Shown here: positions 41,692-51,300 of the stretch, in pieces | Position numbering within the stretch: the first letter of the stretch is position 1 | How the letters are laid out: every line of letters begins with the position of its first letter | Assembly (NCBI GenBank): GCA_016929015.1 | Contig: JAFGJQ010000296.1 | Coordinates: forward strand, 1-58,022 | Direction: 5' to 3' | Length of the DNA stretch: 58,022 bases | Source: Phycisphaerae bacterium | GTDB lineage: Bacteria; Planctomycetota; Phycisphaerae; UBA1845 | Program-made: the position numbers and the translations under genes | The notes under the pieces: generated by a model | Seen by the model: the letters and a program-made list of their open reading frames with translations, nothing else | Told to the model about the DNA's origin: nothing | The model's database searches: none

Positions 41692-41896
41692 CGGGTGGCA
41701 TGCCCGTTCCGTCGATGGCCGGGTGGCATGCCCGTTTCCGCCGAAGGCGGATCGGGCATGGCGGAACGCGTCTGACGCCCGGTGATCCGAACATGCCCGA
41801 GGCTGAAGCCTACGGGCATGGCACCCCCGCGAATCCATCCGCCGGTCATCTGCGCTCGATGAGTTCATAAAGCCTCCGTGGTTGCTCGGCGATCAA

Positions 41897-41973
41897 GACC
41901 GGCTGGAAAGCCGGTCCCACACCGGAGGCCGGTCCCACACCGGCACCGGTCCCACAATACCGCCGGTCCCACA
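41897..41973 (+). repeat. REP-A plus three tandem 3' half-copies (CCGGTCCCACA x4)
   Basis: Full copy at 41897-41921; half-copies at 41929, 41946, 41963. Confidence 0.85.
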
Positions 41974-41978
41974 GAAGG

Positions 41979-44474
41979 CTACGACGGGCCAAGCAGCGCC
42001 GCTTCGAACAGCAGGTAGTCGGCCGTGTCCACCGCGTCATCGCCGGTGAAGTCGGCGATGTTGCCGGTCAGCGGGCCGGTGTACTCGTACACGTCGATTT
42101 CCTTGATGACGCTCGACTCGAAGGCCTCGGCATACCCGTCCTGGTCGCCCGGCTCGCCGGGGTCAAACGGGTCTCGAAACCCGTTGTCCGTGCCCGACAC
42201 CGGGTAGAACGTGAAACGCAGGCTGTCCACACTCACCGCGATCGGGTCGGAAGCGGTACTGCAAACCGTGGTCCGCGAGTACGTGTAAACGCTCGGGTTC
42301 GTATCGCCGTAGTCTCCCGCCCGGGCCTTGGTGGCCAGTGACTGGTAGGTCGCGTCGTTCGGCTGGGAATACTCCACGTCGTAGTTCTGAAAGACCCGGC
42401 CAAAGGGATTGGCCGAGAACACCTTGATCTCGTCCAGGTGCCGCGGCGGGTCGAAATCGTACCGAACCTGCAAAGCCCGATTCGCCGGGTCCGTGTTGCC
42501 CGGAAAATCCGCCAGCACCGCTTCCTCGGCCACTCCCACCACGCCGTCCGTCAGGTCGGCCAGTCCGCCCGACACACCGCCGGGTGTCGCGGAGTGAAAC
42601 CCGCCGGCCTCAACGATTCCGACCCGCCCCTGCAGCAGGTCCGTGCCGGAAAGCTCGCCCTGGAGGACGGCCATCGACTGGCTGCTCAGACTGCCGAGCA
42701 CCTCCACCGGGGCCACACCGGCCGGCGGGGCCTCGCAGCCGGCGGGCGGACTGCCGACGGGCCCGGAATAGCACGCCGCGAAAATCGCGAAGTCGGCCAG
42801 GTCGATCCGGTCGTCCGCGTTCAGGTCGTACTTATTCGGGCTCACCGCGATGTAGTCTTCGCGGGTCTTCGTATCGGAACCCCCGCCACCGGTCACCGTC
42901 AGGCTGACCGTGAACGTGCCGGCCTGCGTGTACTGATGGGAAGGGTTGGCGGCGGGGCTGGTCTGGCCGTCGCCGAAGCTCCAGAGGTACGAGGCCACCG
43001 GGCCGGCCGACGTACTGGTGAACTGGACGGTCAGCGGCAGAACGCCGGCCGTGGGGCTGGCCGTGAAGTCTGCCTGAACGGCCTTGACGGTGATGTACCC
43101 GCTCTTGGTCTCGGTATCACTGCCGCCGGGGCCGGTGACGGTAAGCGAGACCGTGTAGATTCCGGGAGTGTTGTAGAGGTGCGAGGGGTTCTGCTGGGCG
43201 CTGGTGCCGGTGTCCCCGAAGGTCCAGGCGTGGGTGTCGATCGTGCCCATCGATTCGTCGGTGAAGTTCACTGTGAACGGCGACAAACCCACGAGCGGGC
43301 TGGCCGAGAAGGCTGCCGAAGGCGGGCCGGTCACGCCGCACTGGGCGGCAAAGGCGTACCACGCGGGCATGTAGTTGCCGATGCCGCGGGTCAGGCCCCA
43401 GTCGCCGTTGGGGTCGCCGCTGTTGTACTGGTACCACATGCCGGTGGCGATGTAGCTCTGGGTGCGCATCCAGTTGAAGGACGCGGTCAGGTTGTCCGCC
43501 TTGCCCTGGTCGCCCACGCCTTCGGTGGTCCAGCCGAACTCCGTCACCAGGATTTTCGAGCCGTCTCCGCGGAGAAGCTGCTCCTGGTGGATGCCACGCT
43601 GGTACACGCTGCCGCTGACGTTGTTGAAATACTTGGCCAGTTCCGACGTGCTGACCGCGCTGCCCTGCTGAATGTAGAAGTGATAGCCGAAGTAGTCCCA
43701 CGGGTACCGCCGGCCGGTCGGGTTCAGCGGGTCCGTTTCGAAGGCGTTCCAGATATCCGTCTGGAGATACGTGTCGTGTGCATAGGCGGTGGCCGATCCG
43801 GGGTTGCTGCCGCCGATGTCGTGCGCGAACAGCCCGCCGCTGACCAGTGAGACGCCGTTTGCGCTGAAGAAATTGACCCCGCCCTGTTCGATGCACTCCT
43901 TGTAGGTTTCGGCCATCAGGTTTGCGAAGATGCGCGGCCAGATATACGAGCAGCCGGGGTTAAGCGGGTCGATGTTCGGATCCTGCGACCAGCAGCTCGG
44001 TTCGTTCCACAACTCGTACAGCTTGACGTCGTCCTTGTAGCGGTTGATGAGCATGTACGCGACGGACGCGTAATGCGTGACATACCCGTTCAGGCCCGTG
44101 GTGTTGTAGTTCTCGTTCCACTGGGCCTGGCCGTAGCCGGCGACCGTTTCGTTCGAAAAGACGGCCACCACGTCCAGGTTGTTGTTTCGGGCGTTGGCGA
44201 TGATCTGGTCATACTTGGCCAGGCGGGTGGCGTCCCAGCCGGGCAGGGCGTCAATGAAGTTGATGCGCACCAGGTGGCATCCGGAGGCCGCGATGTCGGC
44301 CGCCACCGCATTGGTGAACAGGATGGTTGATCCGCTGATCGGGGCCCCGGCGTTCACGCCCACGAAGGGTGGGTCGGCCATCGCCGGGAGACTCAGCAGG
44401 GATGAAAAAGCCACAGTCCAGGCAGCCGCCCAAGCGGCGCGGCGGCCTCGCGTTCGGTTCCCATCGCCAGTCAT
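41979..44474 (-). CDS. Secreted clan GH-A hydrolase + 2 PKD domains + dockerin-like pair split by the shared domain
   Basis: YELWNEP, ILVTEFGW; WTFGD/WSFGD...NPSH.Y...G.YTVSLTV twice; DLNADDRIDLAD and DFTGDDAVDTAD. Confidence 0.87.
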   Translation of the reverse strand: MTGDGNRTRGRRAAWAAAWTVAFSSLLSLPAMADPPFVGVNAGAPISGSTILFTNAVAADIAASGCHLVRINFIDALPGWDATRLAKYDQIIANARNNNLDVVAVFSNETVAGYGQAQWNENYNTTGLNGYVTHYASVAYMLINRYKDDVKLYELWNEPSCWSQDPNIDPLNPGCSYIWPRIFANLMAETYKECIEQGGVNFFSANGVSLVSGGLFAHDIGGSNPGSATAYAHDTYLQTDIWNAFETDPLNPTGRRYPWDYFGYHFYIQQGSAVSTSELAKYFNNVSGSVYQRGIHQEQLLRGDGSKILVTEFGWTTEGVGDQGKADNLTASFNWMRTQSYIATGMWYQYNSGDPNGDWGLTRGIGNYMPAWYAFAAQCGVTGPPSAAFSASPLVGLSPFTVNFTDESMGTIDTHAWTFGDTGTSAQQNPSHLYNTPGIYTVSLTVTGPGGSDTETKSGYITVKAVQADFTASPTAGVLPLTVQFTSTSAGPVASYLWSFGDGQTSPAANPSHQYTQAGTFTVSLTVTGGGGSDTKTREDYIAVSPNKYDLNADDRIDLADFAIFAACYSGPVGSPPAGCEAPPAGVAPVEVLGSLSSQSMAVLQGELSGTDLLQGRVGIVEAGGFHSATPGGVSGGLADLTDGVVGVAEEAVLADFPGNTDPANRALQVRYDFDPPRHLDEIKVFSANPFGRVFQNYDVEYSQPNDATYQSLATKARAGDYGDTNPSVYTYSRTTVCSTASDPIAVSVDSLRFTFYPVSGTDNGFRDPFDPGEPGDQDGYAEAFESSVIKEIDVYEYTGPLTGNIADFTGDDAVDTADYLLFEAALLGPS

Positions 44475-44572
44475 GGATGCCTCCAGGGGTGCGTTTCAGA
44501 TACCTGCGAGCGGCCGGCGGGCACACCTGTGTTCCCGCGGCCGAACACGTGCAGTCATTACAGTCTAGAGTC

Positions 44573-44624
44573 TGTGGGACCGGCTTTCTCGCCCCGGCGA
44601 GTCGCCTGCGGAGACCAGCCGGTC
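44573..44624 (-). repeat. REP-A with 27-bp element B inserted in its loop
   Basis: Minus strand gaccggctgg|tctccgcaggcgactcgccggggcgag|aaagccggtcccaca. Confidence 0.88.
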
Positions 44625-44652
44625 TTCTCCGGATTCCCGCTTCCGTACAGTC

Positions 44653-44692
44653 AAAAGGCCGCGGGGTGACGCATCGTCGTCCCCGCGGCCTT
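44653..44692 (-). terminator. Intrinsic terminator after the PEP-CTERM gene
   Basis: aaggccgcgggg / ccccgcggcctt stem, with TTTT on the minus strand. Confidence 0.7.
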
Positions 44693-44743
44693 GATTCATG
44701 CGCAACCGTGCGAGCGCAAACGATGCTGCGCCGCAGGAAGTCC

Positions 44744-45505
44744 CTAGCGACGGCGCAGGACCGCCAGACCGCCGAGAACCAGCAGGGCCAGCGTGGCCGG
44801 CTCGGGGATCACGTCGATTTCCCGGATACCCGGGCCCTCGAACGCAGCGTTGTTCCCGTCCGTGTCCCGCGGGTCGCTGGGATCGAACGGATCCCATAAG
44901 CCACCCGTGGTCTGGCCCACGTCGTACAGCTTGAACCGCAGCATCACGCAGTCTTCGATCAGTAAGCCCTTGGCGCCGTCGTACACGTACGTCCCCGTCC
45001 TCTCGACAAACTCCGTGCTACCGTTCCACACACCAAAGTTCGTGGAGTGCACCTGATCGAGCAGCGTGTACACGGTCGCGTCGCCATCCACCATGTACTC
45101 GATGTCGTAGTTGTGGTAGCTGCGACTGTTGTAGCCGTCCGGGTTCGATGCATAGACGCGAATCTCGCCCACATTCTGCGGGACTGCAAAGTCATACCGC
45201 ATCGTCAACGCCGGTGTTCCGCTGACATTCGGCGGGGCCGACGCATAGTCCTTCAAGACCGCCGCGCCAGCGCCCCAGCCGGTGCCCCAGGTCCCGTCCG
45301 TCAGGTCCGCCGGAGTGCCAAGGCCTCCAATGAAACCGCCCTGCTCCTGCGTTGCGGTAGTGAACGCCTGCTCGAGCAGGTCGCCCGCGACGACGCTCTT
45401 GATCAGGGATCCGCCGTAGTCCGCCGAGTCCTTTGTGTACGTGGGTGCGGCCGCCGCGATGGTGGCAAGCGCCAGCAAACAAACACCTGTCAGAAACACT
45501 CTCAT
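44744..45505 (-). CDS. PEP-CTERM surface protein made of a single copy of the shared domain
   Basis: Signal peptide; C-terminal IPEPATLALLVLGGLAVLRRR; AAGGAGGAGG RBS. Confidence 0.92.
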   Translation of the reverse strand: MRVFLTGVCLLALATIAAAAPTYTKDSADYGGSLIKSVVAGDLLEQAFTTATQEQGGFIGGLGTPADLTDGTWGTGWGAGAAVLKDYASAPPNVSGTPALTMRYDFAVPQNVGEIRVYASNPDGYNSRSYHNYDIEYMVDGDATVYTLLDQVHSTNFGVWNGSTEFVERTGTYVYDGAKGLLIEDCVMLRFKLYDVGQTTGGLWDPFDPSDPRDTDGNNAAFEGPGIREIDVIPEPATLALLVLGGLAVLRRR

Positions 45506-46393
45506 GATCCAACCTCCTCCTTACCTAGGTAAGCAAAACGCACCGCCCCGAGGCCGGCCTTGCCTGGGACAGGCAGACTTCACGTGCCTGATGACGACGT
45601 GTCACCGGTGCCAGAGCCCATGACTTCGCAACGACAAGACCTGTCACAGATGCGTCGCTGCTTTCCCATACTCCAAACCGTTTCATACGAGAGAGAACGC
45701 GCACTTCTTCGCCCGCCTGACACCTGGTTCTGCGGTCGGCGGGTGCGACCTGCAGTGATTCGCACATGGCCCCCAAAGCTGTCCGATATTTTAACTCTGC
45801 GCGGCGGCTGACGCAAGCATATCGCGCCGAATGGACACGTGTATCAACAGTCTGCCGACGTCTGAACGGCCCTTCGTGCGGGGCGCCCGGAGCATCTTTC
45901 TTCTGCGAAAACGCCGCGACGGAGAGTGAGCCGGGAAACGCTCCATCTCCGTGGACCCGCCGACCTTGCCATGCCCCCTTCGGGACGAGTGTGACCGGAA
46001 ACGGTCAGGAAACCGGCGTCGAACCCGCTCTTGTGGTCCTTTGTGGCACTCGGTGTCGCTCCTTTCGCTTCGGGCCGACGCAATCCCGTGACAGGTTACG
46101 ATCAAAGCGGAGAACGCCGGCGGCGGAGAACGGCGGGCATGGTGCGTTTTTTCTGGCTCCACAGGCCCGGCAGACTCTGGCCTTTGGCCCTCAAGGCCCG
46201 ATATACTTTGTAGGAAGGACGAATGCTGCCTCGCAATGACACTGCCTGAGGCGGCGTGCGTTCGCCGCCGGGACAAACGGTTGCAGCGATGCGCGCAACT
46301 GACTAGAATGTACCGGTGTGGCAGGCTCGGGCCGCGGACATTCCCGGTCCACCGGCAAACACGCCCGACAATCCAACGAGAAGGTGGTACTCC

Positions 46394-47299
46394 ATGTGCA
46401 GCACATCCGTTCGCAGACGACCCGGGGGTTTCACGCTGATCGAACTGCTGGTGGTGGTGTCGATCATCGCCCTGCTCATCTCGATCCTCCTGCCTTCGCT
46501 GAAGAAGGCGCGGGACCAGGCCAAGCTGACGCTCTGCGCCACGAGGCTGCACGACATCGGCGTCTCCCTCATGAGCTACAGCCACAACTACAACCGCTTC
46601 CCAACGCAGAATTCGCTGGGCACAACGTCCACCGACCCGGTGGACCGATCGATGCGCGAGGGAGCCGGCTTCTGGACGTACGCCGTGCACAAGGAACTCG
46701 CCTCATATATGGGCGGGCTTCGGGCAAACGTCAATGGCGAGCGAACGATGGCCCACGAGGTGTTCTACTGCCCGTTCGCGCCGGCCGAGAAGGTCCACAA
46801 TTCGCAGCGCCTTTCCGGCCCCGGTACGGGCTACGGGCTGGAGGGAGCCGAGGACGTGTACCTGCACATCGGGTACACGTACGCTGGCGGCATGCACGAA
46901 GTGAGCAACGATCCGGTCAAGAAGCAGGGCGTGTGGCCGGGGACCAGCGATGATTTGAAGAACCACATCCTCAAGAAGCGCCGGTTCTACGTGAAAACGG
47001 AGCCGGACTCCACGCGCGTGCTGATGGCCGACGCGGTTGTGGCGTGGAAGGGCGGGCCGGGAACTGGCATGTGGCGCATCAATCACGGTGACGGGTGGGA
47101 CAAGAACATCCCGGCAGTGTCCGCTTTCCGGGCCCCGCGGATCGATGGCGCGAGCGTGATGTACGGCGACGGGCACGTGGAGTGCAAGAAGACGTCCTAC
47201 TTCAGAGAAGTGGCGAACGTAACGGGCGGGACGATGGGACACCAAAGTGCAAAGGGAAACGCGACCCTGATCTATGGTAATGATTTCCTCTGGTGGTAA
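46394..47299 (+). CDS. Prepilin-type N-terminal cleavage/methylation protein (DUF1559-like)
   Basis: GFTLIELLVVVSIIALLISILLPSLKKAR..A....C, FYCP, MYGDGHVE. Confidence 0.9.
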   Translation: MCSTSVRRRPGGFTLIELLVVVSIIALLISILLPSLKKARDQAKLTLCATRLHDIGVSLMSYSHNYNRFPTQNSLGTTSTDPVDRSMREGAGFWTYAVHKELASYMGGLRANVNGERTMAHEVFYCPFAPAEKVHNSQRLSGPGTGYGLEGAEDVYLHIGYTYAGGMHEVSNDPVKKQGVWPGTSDDLKNHILKKRRFYVKTEPDSTRVLMADAVVAWKGGPGTGMWRINHGDGWDKNIPAVSAFRAPRIDGASVMYGDGHVECKKTSYFREVANVTGGTMGHQSAKGNATLIYGNDFLWW

Positions 47300-47329
47300 C
47301 TCACTTCATCAAAGGAGGCTGGAAGGAAT

Positions 47330-48445
47330 ATGAACGCACAACGATTCTCCTGGTGTGTCGCCGTTCTGGTGCTGGCCATGAGCGGGCTGGCGGCCCAGGC
47401 AGACGTGATGACCCGCTACGAGTTGGAGTACAATTCTGACGATCTGAGCCACGGCGTCAGCGCGACCGACCTGATCAACGGGTTCGGAGTGAATACGGAC
47501 GGAACGCCGCTCGATCAGGGCATCAACGAGAGCGCCATCGCACCGTACACGGATGGCATAATCGACCTCACTCCCGGCCAGGAGGTGTTCTCGTGGCTGA
47601 TGAAATCCACCGTGGACTGTCTGCCGCTGAATGAGGGGCAGCCGAGCGACGGGTTCCACCCTCTGACGGGCAACGGAGATATGCCCGACCTGGTGGACGG
47701 CGTGGCCGGCCCGGTGCTCAAGAGTGTGCTGCGAGACTATGGCCGGGCCTCGCTGGTGGTGCGCTACGGCTTCTCCCAGCCGACGGACATCGGCTACATC
47801 CGCGTGATCGGCGGCAACCTGCTCAACCGCGATGGCCGGGTGTTCCACAACTACGACGTGTACTACCGGCAGGGGGACTGTGGTGACGGGATCTGCCCGG
47901 CCCACGGCGACCTGTTCTCCGGCATGATCGGGTTCGATGAGTTCGTGCCCCTGGCTCTGGACGTCTCGACCGGCCCGGTCGGCGTGGGAAACACGGGCCT
48001 CTGGCAGGGCTCGTTGACGGAGGTCATGGATCGGGACGCCAAGGTCATGATCCCCGGCTGCACGGACCTGCGGTTCGTGTTCTACTGCGTGGACAACACA
48101 ACCAGTTTCTTCCTGGATCCGTGGCAGGGAAACGCGCAGGAGTCGCCGCAGTACCAGATGGACTGCCCCGATGTGGAAGGTCGGGACACCGACGGCCGGC
48201 AGAAGGCATTTGTAGGCCCGATTATCAAGGAAATCGACGTCTTCAGTCCGGAAGACCACTTTGACTTTGCCCGCGGCGACATCGACTACGACGGCGATCG
48301 CGACATGGTGGACTTCGCAGCGTTCCAGGGTTGTTTCGAGGCGGACATCAACACCAACGGTTGCTTCCGGTTCGACTACACCCAGAACAACGCGATCGAT
48401 GCGGATGACCTGCCCGGCTTCGCGGCCGACATGACCGGCCCGTGA
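47330..48445 (+). CDS. Secreted protein: shared domain (with insertions) + intact C-terminal dockerin-like pair
   Basis: Signal peptide, AAGGAGG RBS; DLVDG, VRYGF, RVFHNYDVYY, IKEIDV; GDIDYDGDRDMVDF...FDYTQNNAIDADD..MTGP. Confidence 0.85.
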   Translation: MNAQRFSWCVAVLVLAMSGLAAQADVMTRYELEYNSDDLSHGVSATDLINGFGVNTDGTPLDQGINESAIAPYTDGIIDLTPGQEVFSWLMKSTVDCLPLNEGQPSDGFHPLTGNGDMPDLVDGVAGPVLKSVLRDYGRASLVVRYGFSQPTDIGYIRVIGGNLLNRDGRVFHNYDVYYRQGDCGDGICPAHGDLFSGMIGFDEFVPLALDVSTGPVGVGNTGLWQGSLTEVMDRDAKVMIPGCTDLRFVFYCVDNTTSFFLDPWQGNAQESPQYQMDCPDVEGRDTDGRQKAFVGPIIKEIDVFSPEDHFDFARGDIDYDGDRDMVDFAAFQGCFEADINTNGCFRFDYTQNNAIDADDLPGFAADMTGP

Positions 48446-48476
48446 CGATCGCCGAAAGCGAGGGCGTACGAACAAA

Positions 48477-48519
48477 GGCCGAGGCCCGGTTCCCCGAGAA
48501 CCGGGCCTCGGTCGCTTTG
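48477..48519 (+). terminator. Strong hairpin terminator (possibly bidirectional)
   Basis: ggccgaggcccggttc-cccga-gaaccgggcctcggtc then gcttt. Confidence 0.75.
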
Positions 48520-48633
48520 TGCGCCGGACCGAGATTCGCGCTGGATTTGCCCGACCGAGATTCCTGTGTTTGCATGAAAGCAGCGTGTTCTCAGAGCAGC
48601 CGGGCGAACGCTCGGCATGACGTGCAAATCGGG

Positions 48634-48951
48634 CTACATGCGGACGGCCGGATGCTGTTGGGGCGGCGCGGGGGGAAGCCCGGTGACGGAGGCGCGGGGA
48701 GTGCCGAACTTCGGCGCCGATCCGGCCTGCTCCTGGTGGCGATGGACGACCTGGCGGCGGCGCTCTTCACGCTGCCTGGCCAGATGGCTTTGCACGCGGT
48801 GAGTGATGGCGAGCACGGTCAGCACGATCGTGAGAAGAACGAAGGCCCAGAACAGCAGGGGGTACAGGTCGCTCGTCGACTTCTCCGCGAACGTCCTGTG
48901 GACCGCCGTCACACGCTCATGCGCGCTGAGTTGGGCGAGTAATCCGAGCAC
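48634..48951 (-). CDS. Small single-TM hypothetical protein
   Basis: TM LLFWAFVLLTIVLTVLAI followed by an Arg/Glu-rich helix. Confidence 0.5.
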   Translation of the reverse strand: MLGLLAQLSAHERVTAVHRTFAEKSTSDLYPLLFWAFVLLTIVLTVLAITHRVQSHLARQREERRRQVVHRHQEQAGSAPKFGTPRASVTGLPPAPPQQHPAVRM

Positions 48952-49200
48952 CCATCACTCTCCAGACTTCCCGACGCACAGATTCGGCTGCCCCGGGTCA
49001 GTCCCCGGGCCCCGCCGATTCCCCCGGCGGCAGATAAAGGCGCCGTCCGGAACGTACATCGACGGTTCTCGGACACGTCTGGAGTAACCTGCGGCGTTTG
49101 CAAATGCCGAGCTTTCGGGGCAGAATACGCCCGTCGTGGCGGCTGGCTCATTCAACTTGTCGACAACGTCGTCGGCGCGGCGCATTGGAGCAGCGACAGC

Positions 49201-50364
49201 ATGAAGATCCACGAATACCAAGCCAGAGAACTCCTGGCCCAGGCGGGCGTGCCCGTGACCCCCTTCGAGATGGTTACGACGCCGGAGCAAGCTACGGCGG
49301 CCTTCGACCGTTTCGGCGGCACCGTGGTTGTAAAAGCCCAGGTGTTTGCCGGCGGGCGCGGCAAGGCGGGCTTCGTCAAGTTGTGTGAATCGCGTCAGGA
49401 AGTGCATGATGCCGCTGGCTTTATGCTCGGCAACCGCATGGTTTCCAAGCAGACCGGACCCGAGGGCGTGGGGGTTCACCGCCTGCTGGTCGCCGTCGCC
49501 GCCGACATTGATGCCGAGTACTACGCGGCGGTTGTGCTGGACCGATCCCAGCGATGCCCCGTGGTCATGGTCTCGCGCGAGGGTGGCGTAGAGATCGAGG
49601 AGGTGGCGGCCCGGAACCCGGACGCCATCTTCAAGCAGTGGCTTCATCCGCACCTGGGGCTTCAGGGCTTCCAGGCCGCCCGGCTGGTACATGCCCTTGG
49701 CCTGGAAGACAAAGAGCAGGCCAAGGCGGCCGCCCGCGTGCTGCGTGGACTGGTCGACGTTTTTGTGAAGTACGACTGTAGCCTGGCGGAAATCAACCCG
49801 CTGGTGCGGACGAGCAGCGGTGAAATCCTCGCCATTGACGCCAAGATGAACTTCGACGATTCCGCTCTGTTCCGCCAGCCCCAACTGCGGGAGATGCATG
49901 ACGAGTCGGAGGACAACCCGATGGAGGTCCGGGCCCGCAAGGCGGATCTGACCTACATCGCGTTGAACGGGAACATTGGCTGCTTGGTCAACGGAGCGGG
50001 GCTGGCCATGGCGACCATGGACATCATCAAGCTGCATGGCGGCGAGCCGGCCAATTTCCTCGACGTGGGCGGATCGGTGAGCCAGGAGGGCGCAACGGAG
50101 GCGTTCCGCATTATTCTGGCCGACCCCAAAGTGAAGGGCGTGCTGGTCAACATCTTCGGCGGGATCGCCAAGTGCGACACGATCGCCGAGGCCTTGATTG
50201 CGGCCGCCCGGGAAATCGGATTCAAGGTACCCGTCGTGGTTCGGCTGGAGGGCACGAACGTCGAGCGTGCCCGGCAGTTGTTGAAGGAGGCGGCGATTCC
50301 ACAGCTTATCCCGGCTTCTGACCTGACCGACGCCGCGCAGAAGGTCTGCGCGAAGGTCGTGTAG
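49201..50364 (+). CDS. sucC: Succinyl-CoA ligase beta subunit
   Basis: [50 protein letters not shown]. Confidence 0.97.
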   Translation: MKIHEYQARELLAQAGVPVTPFEMVTTPEQATAAFDRFGGTVVVKAQVFAGGRGKAGFVKLCESRQEVHDAAGFMLGNRMVSKQTGPEGVGVHRLLVAVAADIDAEYYAAVVLDRSQRCPVVMVSREGGVEIEEVAARNPDAIFKQWLHPHLGLQGFQAARLVHALGLEDKEQAKAAARVLRGLVDVFVKYDCSLAEINPLVRTSSGEILAIDAKMNFDDSALFRQPQLREMHDESEDNPMEVRARKADLTYIALNGNIGCLVNGAGLAMATMDIIKLHGGEPANFLDVGGSVSQEGATEAFRIILADPKVKGVLVNIFGGIAKCDTIAEALIAAAREIGFKVPVVVRLEGTNVERARQLLKEAAIPQLIPASDLTDAAQKVCAKVV

Positions 50365-50417
50365 AGACGTATCCATGGCGGCCGGCCACCCTGTCCGGTC
50401 GCGCCACACAGGGGTAT

Positions 50418-51293
50418 ATGCGTCGCGCCCGTATCGGAACTATGCTTCTTGCCGCTTGGATCGTTGCGGGAGGCGGCGCCTGCCAGGACGGCCGATGGCC
50501 CGTCTGGGGCGCGGCCGACGCGCAGAAGGCGGACGGGGCCGCCGACGCTCCGCCCGACCCCTTCCGCACTCCGCTGAGCAGCAGTCTCTCTGCACCGGCC
50601 GACCGCCCCACGATCGTGGAGCTTCACTTTGACGTGATGCGGGTGGATTTGCCTCATGATTCCGTCCGGCATTCCGCGAAGCTCTGGAACCATGTGGATG
50701 AGTTGCGTGTGGAACCCGGCCAGAGCGTGCTGCTGGGCCGCAACGGCATCCGGGTGGGGGTGGCCCCGGCCGACGCCTGGCCTGCCATGCAGGCCGTTCT
50801 GGAGGCGCACGGGGCGCGTGCGACCCGACGCCAACATGCGGTACAGCCCGGCTACCCGTTGACCCTGGACATCGGGGACGTTTTGGAGGGTGAAACGGTT
50901 TTTTCCTATGACGGGCAGGGCGGGCTGAAGGGTCGGACGTTCGGTGCGGGCCAGAAATACATTCACCTCGACTACGTGGTGGAAGCGGACGATCCGCCAC
51001 GCGTGCTGCTGCGCGTCACCCCGGACGTGCATGTTCGGTCGGCCGACCGGCGGTGGCAGGAGGAGGAGGGGGCATACGTGGAGAAGCCGGTCGATGGAGG
51101 CCACTCGTATACGGAGCTTTCCGCGGCCGTGTCCCTGACGCCGGGACAGATTCTGGTGATCGGGCCGGGCCCGCAGGCCGAGATGGCCCACTTGTTGGGG
51201 AATCGGTTTTTCGAGCGAATCGAAGCCGGCGTACGGTATGAAACGCTGTACTTTGCCACACCGCAGTTGTTCCGTTCAGAAACCCCGGAGTGA
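50418..51293 (+). CDS. Hypothetical lipoprotein
   Basis: Signal region ending GGAC; beta-rich body. Confidence 0.65.
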   Translation: MRRARIGTMLLAAWIVAGGGACQDGRWPVWGAADAQKADGAADAPPDPFRTPLSSSLSAPADRPTIVELHFDVMRVDLPHDSVRHSAKLWNHVDELRVEPGQSVLLGRNGIRVGVAPADAWPAMQAVLEAHGARATRRQHAVQPGYPLTLDIGDVLEGETVFSYDGQGGLKGRTFGAGQKYIHLDYVVEADDPPRVLLRVTPDVHVRSADRRWQEEEGAYVEKPVDGGHSYTELSAAVSLTPGQILVIGPGPQAEMAHLLGNRFFERIEAGVRYETLYFATPQLFRSETPE

Positions 51294-51300
51294 TGCACCC

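Noticed and set aside
41897-41973. CRISPR-like repeat/spacer appearance
   Set aside because: The 11-bp repeats and 6-7-bp spacers are far too short, there are no cas genes, and the unit is the REP-A end.
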